A DNA stretch of 64,000 nt from Eledone cirrhosa (Eukaryota), in contig OZ024750.1 in the NCBI GenBank assembly GCA_964016885.1, positions 42,346,001 to 42,410,000 of the forward strand. Reading direction: 5' to 3'. The notes beneath the pieces were generated by a model. The model was not told the DNA's origin. It saw only the letters and a list, made by a program, of their open reading frames with translations, and made no database searches. Below, piece after piece: positions 26,053 to 41,100 of the stretch. The position numbers and the translations under genes are program-made. How positions within the stretch are numbered: position 1 is the stretch's first letter; the number at the start of each line of letters is the position of its first letter.

Positions 26053-28366
26053 ACATACTACAGTCTATTTCTACTGACTACCGGTGTAACATACTAGTTT
26101 ATTTCTACTGTCTACCAATGTAACAGACTACAGTCTATTTCTACTGACTACCAATGTAACAGACTACAGTCTATTTCTACTGTCTACCAATGTAACAGAC
26201 TACAGTCTACATTTCTACTGTCTACCAATGTAACAACATACTACAGTCTATTTCTACTGTCTACCGGTGTAACATACTACAGTCTACATTTCTACAGTCT
26301 ACCAATGTAACAACATACTACAGTCTATTTCTACTGTCTACCAATGTAACAGACTACAGTCTACATTTCTACTGTCTACCAATGTAACAACATACTACAG
26401 TCTATTTCTACTGTCTACCGGTGTAACATACTACAGTCTACATTTCTACTGTCTACCAATGTAACAGACTACAGTCTATTTCTACTGTCTACCAGTGTAA
26501 CATACTACAGTCTATTTCTACTGTCTACCGGTGTAACAGACTACAGTCTACATTTCTACTGTCTACCAATGTAACAGACTACAGTCTATTTCTACTGTCT
26601 ACCAGTGTAACAGACTACAGTCTATTTCTACTGTCTACCGGTGTAACAGACTACAGTCTATTTCTACTGTCTACCGGTGTAACAGACTACAGTCTATTTC
26701 TACTGTCTTCCGGTGTAACAGACTACAGTCTATGTCTACTGTCTACCAATGTAACAGACTACAGTCTATTTCTACTGTCTACCAGTGTAACATACTACAG
26801 TCTATTTCTACTGTCTACCGGTGTAACAGACTACAGTCTATTTCTACTGTCTACCAATGTAACAGACTACAGTCTATTTCTACTGTCTACCAGTGTAACA
26901 TACTACAGTCTATTTCTACTGTCTACCGGTGTAACAGACTACAGTCTATTTCTACTGTCTACCAATGTAACAGACTACAGTCTATTTCTACTGTATACCA
27001 GTGTAACATACTACAGTCTATTTCTACTGTCTACCGGTGTAACATACTACAGTCTATTTTTACTGTCTACCAATGTAACAGACTACAGTCTATTTCTACT
27101 GTCTACCGGTGTAACAAACTACAGTCTATTTCTACTGTCTACCAGTGTAACAAACTACAGTCTATTTCTACTGTCTACCGGTGTAACATACTACAGTCTA
27201 TTTCTACTGTCTACCAATGTAACAGACTACAGTCTATTTCTACTGTCTACCAATGTAACAGACTACAGTCTATTTCTACTGTCTACCGGTGTAACAGACT
27301 ACAGTCTATTTCTAATGACTACCAATGTAACAGACTACAGTCTATTTCTACTGTCTACCAATGTAACAGACTACAGTATATTTCTACTGTCTACCAATGT
27401 AACAGACTACAATCTATGTCTACTGTCTACCAATGTAACAGACTACAGTCTATTTCTACTGTCTACCAGTGTAACAGACTACAGTCTATTTCTACTGTCT
27501 ACCGGTGTAACAAACTACAGTCTATTTCTACTGTCTACCGGTGTAACAAACTACAGTCTATTTCTACTGTCTACCAGTGTAACAGACTACAGTCTATTTC
27601 TACTGTCTACCAGTGTAACAGACTACAGTCTATTTCTACTGTCTACCAGTGTAACAGACTACAGTCTATTTCTACTGTCTACCAGTGTAACAGACTACAG
27701 TCTATTTCTACTGTCTACCAGTGTAACATACTACAGTCTATTTCTACTGTCTACCGCTGTAACATACTACAGTCTATTTCTACTGTCTACCGCTGTAACA
27801 TACTACAGTCTATTTCTACTGTCTACCGGTGTAACATACTACTGTCTACATTTCTACTGTCTACCAATGTAACAGACTACAGTCTACTTCTACTGTCTAC
27901 CAATGTAACAGACTACAGTCTATTTCTACTGTCTACCAATGTAACATACTACAGTCTATTTCTACTGTCTACCAATGTAACAGACTACAGTCTATTTCTA
28001 CTGTCTACCGGTGTAACATACTACTGTCTACCAATGTAACAGACTACAGTCTATTTCTATTGTCTACCAATGTAACATACTACTGTCTACCAATGTAACA
28101 TACTACAGTCTATTTCTACTGTCTACCAATGTAACATACTACTGTCTACCAATGTAACATACTACAGTCTATTTCTACTGTCTACCAGTGTAACATACTA
28201 CAGTCTATTTCTACTGTCTACCGGTGTAACATACTACTGTCTACCAGTGTAACATACTACAGTCTATTTCTACTGTCTACCGGTGTAACAGACTACAGTC
28301 TATTTCTACTGTCTACCAGTGTAACAGACTACAGTCTATTTCTACTGTCTACCAATGTAACAAACT
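26053..28366. repeat. 36-bp minisatellite, ~64 copies
   Basis: Unit ctacagtctatttctactgtctacc(aa/ag/gg)tgtaaca(g/t/a)a; the 12-aa periodic ORF confirms the period. Confidence 0.97.
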
Positions 28367-28459
28367 AACAGAATCTAAGTTTGACTAGAAATCAATATCT
28401 TTAAAGAGTTACGGATACAGCTCACCAGATGCTCTCTTCTCTCATCACAACTTGTTACT

Positions 28460-29095
28460 AATGTGGCTGTTGTTGTTGCTGCTGATATGGCTGTTGTTGT
28501 TGATGCTGCTGTTACTAATGTGGCTGTTGCTGCTGTTATTGATGTGGCTGTTGTTGTTATAACTTTTTCTACTGTTTTACTTTTATTAATAATATTGCTA
28601 TGGACATTGTTGTTACTGTTGTTGTTGTTGTAGTGGTGTCTGTTGTGTCTGTTGTTGTTGTAGTGGTGTCTGTTGTTGTAGTGGTGTCTGTTGTTGTAGT
28701 GGTGTCTGTTGTTGTAGTGGTCTGTTGTTGTAGTGGTGTCTGTTGTAATGGTGTCTGTTGTTGTTGTAGTGGTGTCTGTTGTTGTAGTGGTGTCTGTTGT
28801 TGTAGTGGTGTCTGTTGTTGTAGTGGTGTCTGTTGTTGTAATGGTGTCTGTTGTGTCTGTTGTTGTAGTGGTGTCTGTTGTTGTTGTAGTGGTGTCTGTT
28901 GTTGAAGTGGTGGTGTCTGTTGTTGTAGTGGTGTCTGTTGTTGTAGTGGTGTCTTGTTGTAGTGGTGTCTGTTGTTGTAGTGGAGTCTGTTGTTGTAGTG
29001 GTGTCTGTTGTTGTTGTAATGGTGTCTTTTGTGTCTGTTGTTGTTGTAGTGGTGTCTGTTGTTGTTACTGTTGTGGTATCTGTTGTTGTTTCTAC
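28460..29095. repeat. (GTT)n-derived 18/21-bp repeat gtagtggtgtctgttgtt
   Basis: Direct inspection. Confidence 0.9.
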
Positions 29096-29149
29096 AGGTC
29101 TGTTCCTAAAAAGACAAATTAATCTGTAATAAGAAGCTGATATTAAATT

Positions 29150-32100
29150 GTATACAGTGTCTACACACTGTCTAGATATGTACAGTAGTGTCTACACACT
29201 GTCTAGATGTGTACAGTAGTGTCTACACACTGTCTAGATGTGTACAGTAGTGTCTACACACTGTCTAGATGTGTACAGTAGTGTCTACACACTGTCTAGA
29301 TGTGTACAGTAGTGTCTACACATTGTCTAGATGTGTACAGTAGTGTCTACACACTGTCTAGATGTGTACAGTAGTGTCTACACATTGTCTAGATGTGTAC
29401 AGTAGTGTCTACACATTGTCTAGATGTGTAGAGTAGTGTCTACACATTGTCTAGATGTGTTCAGTAGTGTCTACACATTGTCTAGATGTGTACAGTAGTG
29501 TCTACACATTGTCTAGATGTGTACAGTAGTGTCTACACACTGTCTAGATGTGTACAGTAGCGTCTACACATTGTCTAGATGTGTACAGTAGTGTCTACAC
29601 ACTGTCTAGATGTGTACAGTAGTGTCTACACATTGTCTAGATGTGTACAGTAGTGTCTACACATTGTCTAGATGTGTTCAGTAGTGTCTACACATTGTCT
29701 AGATGTGTACAGTAGTGTCTACACACTGTCTAGATGTGTACAGTATTGTCTACACTGTCTAGATATGTACAGTAATGTCTACACAGTCTAGATGTGTACA
29801 GTAGTGTCTACACACTGTCTAGATGTGTACAGTAGTGTCTACACACTAGATGTGTACAGTAATGTCTACACAGTCTAGATGTGTACAGTAATGTCTACAC
29901 AGTCTAGATGTGTACGGTAATGTCTACACACTAGATATGTACAGTAATGTCTACACAGTCTAGATGTGTACAGTAATGTCTACACAGTCTAGATGTGTAC
30001 AGTAGTGTCTACACAGTCTAGATGTGTACAGTGGTGTCTACACACTAGATGTGTACAGTAGTGTCTACACAGTCTAGATGTGTACAGTAGTGTCTACACA
30101 GTCTAGATGTGTACAGTAGTGTCTACACAGTCTAGATGTGTACAGTAGTGTCTACACAGTCTAGATATGTACAGTAATGTCTACACAGTCTAGATGTGTA
30201 CAGTAGTGTCTACACATTGTCTAGATGTGTAGAGTAGTGTCTACACATTGTCTAGATGTGTTCAGTAGTGTCTACACATTGTCTAGATGTGTACAGTAGT
30301 GTCTACACATTGTCTAGATGTGTACAGTAGTGTCTACACACTGTCTAGATGTGTACAGTAGCGTCTACACATTGTCTAGATGTGTACAGTAGTGTCTACA
30401 CACTGTCTAGATGTGTACAGTAGTGTCTACACATTGTCTAGATGTGTACAGTAGTGTCTACACATTGTCTAGATGTGTTCAGTAGTGTCTACACATTGTC
30501 TAGATGTGTACAGTAGTGTCTACACACTGTCTAGATGTGTACAGTATTGTCTACACTGTCTAGATATGTACAGTAATGTCTACACAGTCTAGATGTGTAC
30601 AGTAGTGTCTACACACTGTCTAGATGTGTACAGTATTGTCTACACTGTCTAGATATGTACAGTAATGTCTACACAGTCTAGATGTGTACAGTAATGTCTA
30701 CACAGTCTAGATGTGTACAGTAATGTCTACACACTAGATATGTACAGTAATGTCTACACAGTCTAGATGTGTACAGTAATGTCTACACAGTCTAGATGTG
30801 TACAGTAGTGTCTACACAGTCTAGATGTGTACAGTGGTGTCTACACACTAGATGTGTACAGTAGTGTCTACACAGTCTAGATGTGTACAGTAGTGTCTAC
30901 ACAGTCTAGATGTGTACAGTAGTGTCTACACAGTCTAGATGTGTACAGTAGTGTCTACACAGTCTAGATATGTACAGTAATGTCTACACAGTCTAGATGT
31001 GTACAGTGGTGTCTACACACTAGATGTGTACAGTAATGTCTACACAGTCTAGATGTGTACAGTGGTGTCTACACACTAGATGTGTACAGTAATGTCTACA
31101 CAGTCTAGATGTGTACAGTGGTGTCTACACAGTCTAGATATGTACAGTAATGTCTACACACTAGATGTGTACAGTAATGTCTACACAGTCTAGATGTGTA
31201 CAGTAATGTCTACACACTGTCTAGATATGTACAGTAATGTCTACACACTGTCTAGATATGTACAGTAATGTCTACACAGTCTAGATGTGTACAGTAATGT
31301 CTACACACTAGATGTGTACAGTAATGTCTACACACTAGATATGTACAGTAATGTCTACACAGTCTAGATGTGTACAGTAATGTCTACACAGTCTAGATGT
31401 GTACAGTAATGTCTACACACTAGATGTGTACAGTAATGTCTACACACTAGATGTGTACAGTAGTGTCTACACAATCTAGATGTGTACAGTAATGTCTACA
31501 CACTAGATGTGTACAGTAATGTCTACACACTAGATGTGTACAGTAGTGTCTACACACTAGATGTGTACAGTAATGTCTACTCAGTCTAGATGTGTACAGT
31601 AATGTCTGCACAGTCTAGATATGTACAGTAATGTCTACACACTAGATGTGTACAGTAGTGTCTACACAGTCTAGATGTGTACAGTAATGTCTACACACTA
31701 GATGTGTACAGTAATGTCTACACACTAGATGTGTACAGTAGTGTCTACACACTAGATGTGTACAGTAATGTCTACACACTAGATGTGTACAGTAATGTCT
31801 ACACACTAGATGTGTACAGTAGTGTCTACACAGTCTAGATATGTACAGTAATGTCTACACACTAGATGTGTACAGTAATGTCTACACACTAGATGTGTAC
31901 AGTAGTGTCTACACAGTCTAGATGTGTACAGTAATGTCTACACACTAGATGTGTACAGTAGTGTCTACACACTAGATGTGTACAGTAGTGTCTACACACT
32001 AGATGTGTACAGTAGTGTCTACACACTAAATGTGTACAGTAATGTCTACACACTAGATGTGTACAGTAATGTCTACACACTAGATGTGTACAGTAATGTC

Positions 32101-35100
32101 TACACAGTCTAGATGTGTACAGTAATGTCTACACACTAGATGTGTACAGTAATGTCTACACAGTCTAGATGTGTACAGTAATGTCTACACACTAGATGTG
32201 TACAGTAGTGTCTACACAATCTAGATGTGTACAGTAGTGTCTACACAATCTAGATGTGTACAGTAATGTCTACACACTAGATGTGTACAGTAGTGTCTAC
32301 ACACTAGATGTGTACAGTAATGTCTACTCAGTCTAGATGTGTACAGTAATGTCTACACAGTCTAGATATGTACAGTAATGTCTACACACTAGATGTGTAC
32401 AGTAGTGTCTACACAGTCTAGATGTGTACAGTAATGTCTACACACTAGATGTGTACAGTAATGTCTACACACTAGATGTGTACAGTAGTGTCTACACACT
32501 AGATGTGTACAGTAATGTCTACACACTAGATGTGTACAGTAATGTCTACACACTAGATGTGTACAGTAGTGTCTACACAGTCTAGATATGTATAGTAATG
32601 TCTACACACTAGATGTGTACAGTAATGTCTACACACTAGATGTGTACAGTAGTGTCTACACAGTCTAGATGTGTACAGTAATGTCTACACACTAGATGTG
32701 TACAGTAGTGTCTACACACTAGATGTGTACAGTGTTGTCTACACACTAGATGTGTACAGTAGTGTCTACACACTAAATGTGTACAGTAATGTCTACACAC
32801 TAGATGTGTACAGTAATGTCTACACACTAGATGTGTACAGTAATGTCTACACAGTCTAGATGTGTACAGTAATGTCTACACACTAGATGTGTACAGTAAT
32901 GTCTACCCACTAGATGTGTACAGTAATGTCTACACAGTCTAGATGTGTACAGTAATGTCTACACACTAGATGTGTACAGTAATGTCTACACACTAGATAT
33001 GTACAGTAATGTCTACACACTAGATGTGTACAGTAATGTCTACACACTAGATGTGTACAGTAATGTCTACACACTATATGTGTACAGTAGTGTCTACACA
33101 GTCTAGATGTGTACAGTAGTGTCTACACAGTCTAGATGTGTACAGTAATATCTACACACTAGATGTGTACAGTAGTGTCTACACACTAGATGTGTACAGT
33201 AGTGTCTACACACTAGATGTGTACAGTAATGTCTACACACTAGATGTGTACAGTAATATCTACACACTAGATGTGTACGGTAATGTCTACACAGTCTAGA
33301 TGTGTACAGTAATGTCTACACACTGTCTAGATATGTACAGTAATGTCTATACAGTCTAGATGTGTACAGTAATGTCTACACACTAGATGTGTACATTAAT
33401 GTCTACACACTAGATGTGTACAGTAATGTCTACACACTAGATGTGTACAGTAATGTCTACACACTAGATGTGTACAGTAATGTCTACACACTAGATGTGT
33501 ACAGTAATGTCTACACACTAGATGTGTACAGTAATGTCTACACACTAGATGTGTACAGTAATGTCTACACAGTCTAGATGTGTACAGTAATGTCTACACA
33601 CTAGATGTGTACAGTAATGTCTACACAGTCTAGATGTGTACAGTAATGTCTACACAGTCTAGATGTGTACAGTAATGTCTACACAGTCTAGATATGTACA
33701 GTAATGTCTACACACTAGATGTTTACAGTAGTGTCTACACAGTCTAGATGTGTACAGTAATGTCTACACACTAGATGTGTACAGTAATGTCTACACACTA
33801 GATGTGTACAGTAGTGTCTACACACTAGATGTGTACAGTAATGTCTACACACTAGATGTGTACAGTAATGTCTACACACTAGATGTGTACAGTAGTGTCT
33901 ACACAGTCTAGATATGTACAGTAATGTCTACACACTAGATGTGTACAGTAGTGTCTACACAGTCTAGATGTGTACAGTAATGTCTACACACTAGATGTGT
34001 ACAGTAATGTCTACACACTAGATGTGTACAGTAGTGTCTACACACTAGATGTGTACAGTAGTGTCTACACACTAGATGTGTACAGTAATGTCTACACACT
34101 AGATGTGTACAGTAATGTCTACACAGTTTAGATGTGTACAGTAATGTCTACACAGTCTAGATGTGTACAGTAATGTCTACACACTAGATGTGTACAGTAA
34201 TGTCTACACAGTCTAGATGTGTACAGTAATGTCTACACACTAGATGTGTACAGTAATGTCTACACACTAGATGTGTACAGTAATGTCTACACACTAGATG
34301 TGTACAGTAATGTCTACACAGTCTAGATGTGTACAGTAATGTCTACACACTAGATGTGTACAGTAGTGTCTACACACTAGATGTGTACAGTAGTGTCTAC
34401 ACACTAGATGTGTACAGTAATGTCTACACACTAGATGTGTACAGTAATGTCTACACACTAGATGTGTACAGTAATGTCTACACACTAGATGTGTACAGTA
34501 ATGTCTACACAGTTTAGATGTGTACAGTAATGTCTACACAGTCTAGATGTGTACAGTAATGTCTACACACTAGATGTGTACAGTAATGTCTACACAGTCT
34601 AGATGTGTACAGTAATGTCTACACAGTCTAGATGTGTACAGTAATGTCTACACACTAGTTGTGTACAGTAATGTCTACACACTAGATGTGTACAGTAATG
34701 TCTACACACTAGATGTGTACAGTAACGTCTACACACTAGATGTGTACAGTAATGTCTACACAGTCTAGATGTGTACAGTAATGTCTACACAGTCTAGATG
34801 TGTACAGTAATGTCTACACACTAGATGTGTACAGTAATGTCTACACACTATGTGTACAGTAATGTCTACACAGTCTAGATGTGTACAGTAATGTCTACAC
34901 AGTCTAGATGTGTACAGTAATGTCTACACAGTCTAGATATGTACAGTAATGTCTACACACTAGATGTGTACAGTAGTGTCTACACACTAGATGTGTACAG
35001 TAATGTCTACACACTAGATGTGTACAATAGTGTCTACACAGTCTAGATATGTACAGTAATGTCTACACACTAGATGTGTACAGTAGTGTCTACACAGTCT

Positions 35101-38100
35101 AGATGTGTACAGTAATGTCTACACATTGTCTAGATGTGTACAGTAGTGTCTACACAGTCTAGATGTGTACAGTAGTGTCTACACAGTCTAGATGTGTACA
35201 GTAGTGTCTACACACTAGATGTGTACAGTAGTGTCTACACAGTCTAGATATGTACAGTAATGTCTACACACTAGATGTGTACAGTAGTGTGTACACAGTC
35301 TAGATATGTACAGTAATGTCTACACACTAGATGTGTACAGTAATATCTACACAGTCTAGATGTGTACAGTAATGTCTACACACTAGATGTGTACAGTAGT
35401 GTCTACACACTAGATGTGTACAGTAGTGTCTACACAGTCTAGATGTGTACAGTGGTGTCTACACACTAGATGTGTACAGTAATGTCTACACAGTCTAGAT
35501 ATGTACAGTAATGTCTACACACTAGATGTGTACAGTAATATCTACACAGTCTAGATGTGTACAGTAATGTCTACACACTAGATGTGTACAGTAGTGTCTA
35601 CACACTAGATGTGTACAGTAGTGTCTACACAGTCTAGATGTGTACAGTGGTGTCTACACACTAGATGTGTACAGTAGTGTCTACACAGTCTAGATGTGTA
35701 CAGTAATGTCTACACAGTCTAGATGTGTACAGTAATGTCTACACACTAGATGTGTACAGTAGTGTCTACACACTAGATGTGTACAGTAATGTCTACACAC
35801 TAGATGTGTACAGTAGTGTCTACACAGTCTAGATGTGTACAGTAATGTCTACACACTAGATGTGTACAGTAGTGTCTACACATTAGATGTGTACAGTAAT
35901 GTCTACACAGTCTAGATGTGTACAGTGGTGTCTACACACTAGATGTGTACAGTAATGTCTACACAGTCTAGATGTGTACAGTGGTGTCTACACACTAGAT
36001 GTGTACAGTAATGTCTACACAGTCTAGATGTGTACAGTGGTGTCTACACAGTCTAGATATGTACAGTAATGTCTACACACTAGATGTGTACAGTAATGTC
36101 TACACAGTCTAGATGTGTACAGTAATGTCTACACAGTCTAGATGTGTACAGTAATGTCTACACACTGTCTAGATATGTACAGTAATGTCTACACAGTCTA
36201 GATGTGTACAGTAATGTCTACACACTAGATGTGTACAGTAATGTCTACACGCTAGATGTGTACAGTAATGTCTACACAGTCTAGATGTGTACAGTAATGT
36301 CTACACACTAGATGTGTACAGTAATGTCTACACAGTCTAGATGTGTACAGTAATGTCTACACACTAGATGTGTACAGTAATGTCTACACACTAGATGTGT
36401 ACAGTAGTGTCTACACAATCTAGATGTGTACAGTAATGTCTACACACTAGATGTGTACAGTAATGTCTACACACTAGATGTGTACAGTAGTGTCTACACA
36501 CTAGATGTGTACAGTAATGTCTACTCAGTCTAGATGTGTACAGTAATGTCTGCACAGTCTAGATATGTACAGTAATGTCTACACACTAGATGTGTACAGT
36601 AGTGTCTACACAGTCTTGATGTGTACAGTAATGTCTACACACTAGATGTGTACAGTAATGTCTACACAGTCTAGATATGTACAGTAATGTCTACACACTA
36701 GATTGTACAGTAATGTCTACACACTAGATGTGTACAGTAGTGTCTACACAGTCTAGATGTGTACAGTAATGTCTACACACTAGATGTGTACAGTAGTGTC
36801 TACACACTAGATGTGTACAGTAGTGTCTACACACTAGATGTGTACAGTAGTGTCTACACACTAAATGTGTACAGTAATGTCTACACACTAGATGTGTACA
36901 GTAATGTCTACACACTAGATGTGTACAGTAATGTCTACACAGTCTAGATGTGTACAGTAATGTCTACACACTAGATGTGTACAGTAATGTCTACACAGTC
37001 TAGATGTGTACAGTAATGTCTACACACTAGATGTGTACAGTAGTGTCTACACAATCTAGATGTGTACAGTAATGTCTACACACTAGATGTGTACAGTAAT
37101 GTCTACACACTAGATGTGTACAGTAGTGTCTACACACTAGATGTGTACAGTAATGTCTACACAGTTTAGATGTGTACAGTAATGTCTACACAGTCTAGAT
37201 GTGTACAGTAATGTCTACACACTAGATGTGTACAGTAGTGTCTACACACTAGATGTGTACAGTAGTGTCTACACACTAGATGTGTACAGTAGTGTCTACA
37301 CACTAAATGTGTACAGTAATGTCTACACACTAGATGTGTACAGTAATGTCTACACACTAGATGTGTACAGTAATGTCTACACAGTCTAGATGTGTACAGT
37401 AATGTCTACACACTAGATGTGTACAGTAATGTCTACACACTAGATGTGTACAGTAATGTCTACCCACTAGATGTGTACAGTAATGTCTACACAGTCTAGA
37501 TGTGTACAGTAATGTCTACACACTAGATGTGTACAGTAATGTCTACACACTAGATGTGTACAGTAATGTCTACACAGTCTAGATGTGTACAGTAATGTCT
37601 ACACAGTCTAGATGTGTACAGTAATGTCTACACACTAGATGTGTACAGTAATGTCTACACAGTTTAGATGTGTACAGTAATGTCTACACAGTCTAGATGT
37701 GTACAGTAATGTCTACACACTAGATGTGTACAGTAATGTCTACACAGTCTAGATGTGTACAGTAATGTCTACACAGTCTAGATGTGTACAGTAATGTCTA
37801 CACACTAGATGTGTACAGTAATGTCTACACACTAGATGTGTACAGTAACGTCTACACACTAGATGTGTACAGTAATGTCTACACAGTCTAGATGTGTACA
37901 GTAATGTCTACACAGTCTAGATGTGTACAGTAATGTCTACACACTAGATGTGTACAGTAATGTCTACACACTATGTGTACAGTAATGTCTACACAGTCTA
38001 GATGTGTACAGTAATGTCTACACAGTCTAGATATGTACAGTAATGTCTACACACTAGATGTGTACAGTAATGTCTACACAGTCTAGATGTGTACAGTAAT

Positions 38101-41100
38101 GTCTACACACTAGATGTGTACAGTAATGTCTACACACTATGTGTACAGTAATGTCTACACAGTCTAGATGTGTACAGTAATGTCTACACAGTCTAGATAT
38201 GTACAGTAATGTCTACACACTAGATGTGTACAGTAGTGTCTACACACTAGATGTGTACAGTAATGTCTACACACTAGATGTGTACAGTAATGTCTACACA
38301 CTAGATGTGTACAGTAATGTCTACACAGTTTAGATGTGTACAGTAATGTCTACACAGTCTAGATGTGTACAGTAATGTCTACACACTAGATGTGTACAGT
38401 AATGTCTACACAGTCTAGATGTGTACAGTAATGTCTACACACTAGATGTGTACAGTAATGTCTACACACTAGATGTGTACAGTAATGTCTACACACTAGA
38501 TGTGTACAGTAATGTCTACACAGTCTAGATGTGTACAGTAATGTCTACACACTAGATGTGTACAGTAGTGTCTACACACTAGATGTGTACAGTAGTGTCT
38601 ACACACTAGATGTGTACAGTAATGTCTACACACTAGATGTGTACAGTAATGTCTACACACTAGATGTGTACAGTAATGTCTACACAGTTTAGATGTGTAC
38701 AGTAATGTCTACACAGTCTAGATGTGTACAGTAATGTCTACACACTAGATGTGTACAGTAATGTCTACACAGTCTAGATGTGTACAGTAATGTCTACACA
38801 GTCTAGATGTGTACAGTTATGTCTACACACTAGATGTGTACAGTAATGTCTACACACTAGATGTGTACAGTAATGTCTACACACTAGATGTGTACAGTAA
38901 CGTCTACACACTAGATGTGTACAGTAATGTCTACACAGTCTAGATGTGTACAGTAATGTCTACACAGTCTAGATGTGTACAGTAATGTCTACACACTAGA
39001 TGTGTACAGTAATGTCTACACACTATGTGTACAGTAATGTCTACACAGTCTAGATGTGTACAGTAATGTCTACACAGTCTAGATGTGTACAGTAATGTCT
39101 ACACAGTCTAGATATGTACAGTAATGTCTACACACTAGATGTGTACAGTAGTGTCTACACACTAGATGTGTACAGTAATGTCTACACACTAGATGTGTAC
39201 AGTAGTGTCTACACAGTCTAGATATGTACAGTAATGTCTACACACTAGATGTGTACAGTAGTGTCTACACAGTCTAGATGTGTACAGTAATGTCTACACA
39301 TTGTCTAGATGTGTACAGTAGTGTCTACACAGTCTAGATGTGTACAGTAGTGTCTACACAGTCTAGATGTGTACAGTAGTATCTACACACTAGATGTGTA
39401 CAGTAGTGTCTACACAGTCTAGATATGTACAGTAATGTCTACACACTAGATGTGTACAGTAGTGTCTACACAGTCTAGATATGTACAGTAATGTCTACAC
39501 ACTAGATGTGTACAGTAATATCTACACAGTCTAGATGTGTACAGTAATGTCTACACACTAGATGTGTACAGTAGTGTCTACACACTAGATGTGTACAGTA
39601 GTGTCTACACAGTCTAGATGTGTACAGTGGTGTCTACACACTAGATGTGTACAGTAATGTCTACACAGTCTAGATGTGTACAGTAATGTCTACACACTAG
39701 ATGTGTACAGTAGTGTCTACACAATCTAGATGTGTACAGTAATGTCTACACACTAGATGTGTACAGTAATGTCTACACACTAGATGTGTACAGTAGTGTC
39801 TACACACTAGATGTGTACAGTAATGTCTACACAGTTTAGATGTGTACAGTAATGTCTACACAGTCTAGATGTGTACAGTAATGTCTACACACTAGATGTG
39901 TACAGTAGTGTCTACACACTAGATGTGTACAGTAGTGTCTACACACTAGATGTGTACAGTAGTGTCTACACACTAAATGTGTACAGTAATGTCTACACAC
40001 TAGATGTGTACAGTAATGTCTACACACTAGATGTGTACAGTAATGTCTACACAGTCTAGATGTGTACAGTAATGTCTACACACTAGATGTGTACAGTAAT
40101 GTCTACACACTAGATGTGTACAGTAATGTCTACCCACTAGATGTGTACAGTAATGTCTACACAGTCTAGATGTGTACAGTAATGTCTACACACTAGATGT
40201 GTACAGTAATGTCTACACACTAGATGTGTACAGTAATGTCTACACAGTCTAGATGTGTACAGTAATGTCTACACAGTCTAGATGTGTACAGTAATGTCTA
40301 CACACTAGATGTGTACAGTAATGTCTACACAGTTTAGATGTGTACAGTAATGTCTACACAGTCTAGATGTGTACAGTAATGTCTACACACTAGATGTGTA
40401 CAGTAATGTCTACACAGTCTAGATGTGTACAGTAATGTCTACACAGTCTAGATGTGTACAGTAATGTCTACACACTAGATGTGTACAGTAATGTCTACAC
40501 ACTAGATGTGTACAGTAACGTCTACACACTAGATGTGTACAGTAATGTCTACACAGTCTAGATGTGTACAGTAATGTCTACACAGTCTAGATGTGTACAG
40601 TAATGTCTACACACTAGATGTGTACAGTAATGTCTACACACTATGTGTACAGTAATGTCTACACAGTCTAGATGTGTACAGTAATGTCTACACAGTCTAG
40701 ATATGTACAGTAATGTCTACACACTAGATGTGTACAGTAATGTCTACACAGTCTAGATGTGTACAGTAATGTCTACACACTAGATGTGTACAGTAATGTC
40801 TACACACTATGTGTACAGTAATGTCTACACAGTCTAGATGTGTACAGTAATGTCTACACAGTCTAGATATGTACAGTAATGTCTACACACTAGATGTGTA
40901 CAGTAGTGTCTACACACTAGATGTGTACAGTAATGTCTACACACTAGATGTGTACAGTAATGTCTACACACTAGATGTGTACAGTAATGTCTACACAGTT
41001 TAGATGTGTACAGTAATGTCTACACAGTCTAGATGTGTACAGTAATGTCTACACACTAGATGTGTACAGTAATGTCTACACAGTCTAGATGTGTACAGTA

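Noticed and set aside
26732-28039. 435-aa Cys-containing 12-aa repeat ORF
   Set aside because: Product of the 36-bp minisatellite; the frame is broken by longer and shorter variant units on both sides.
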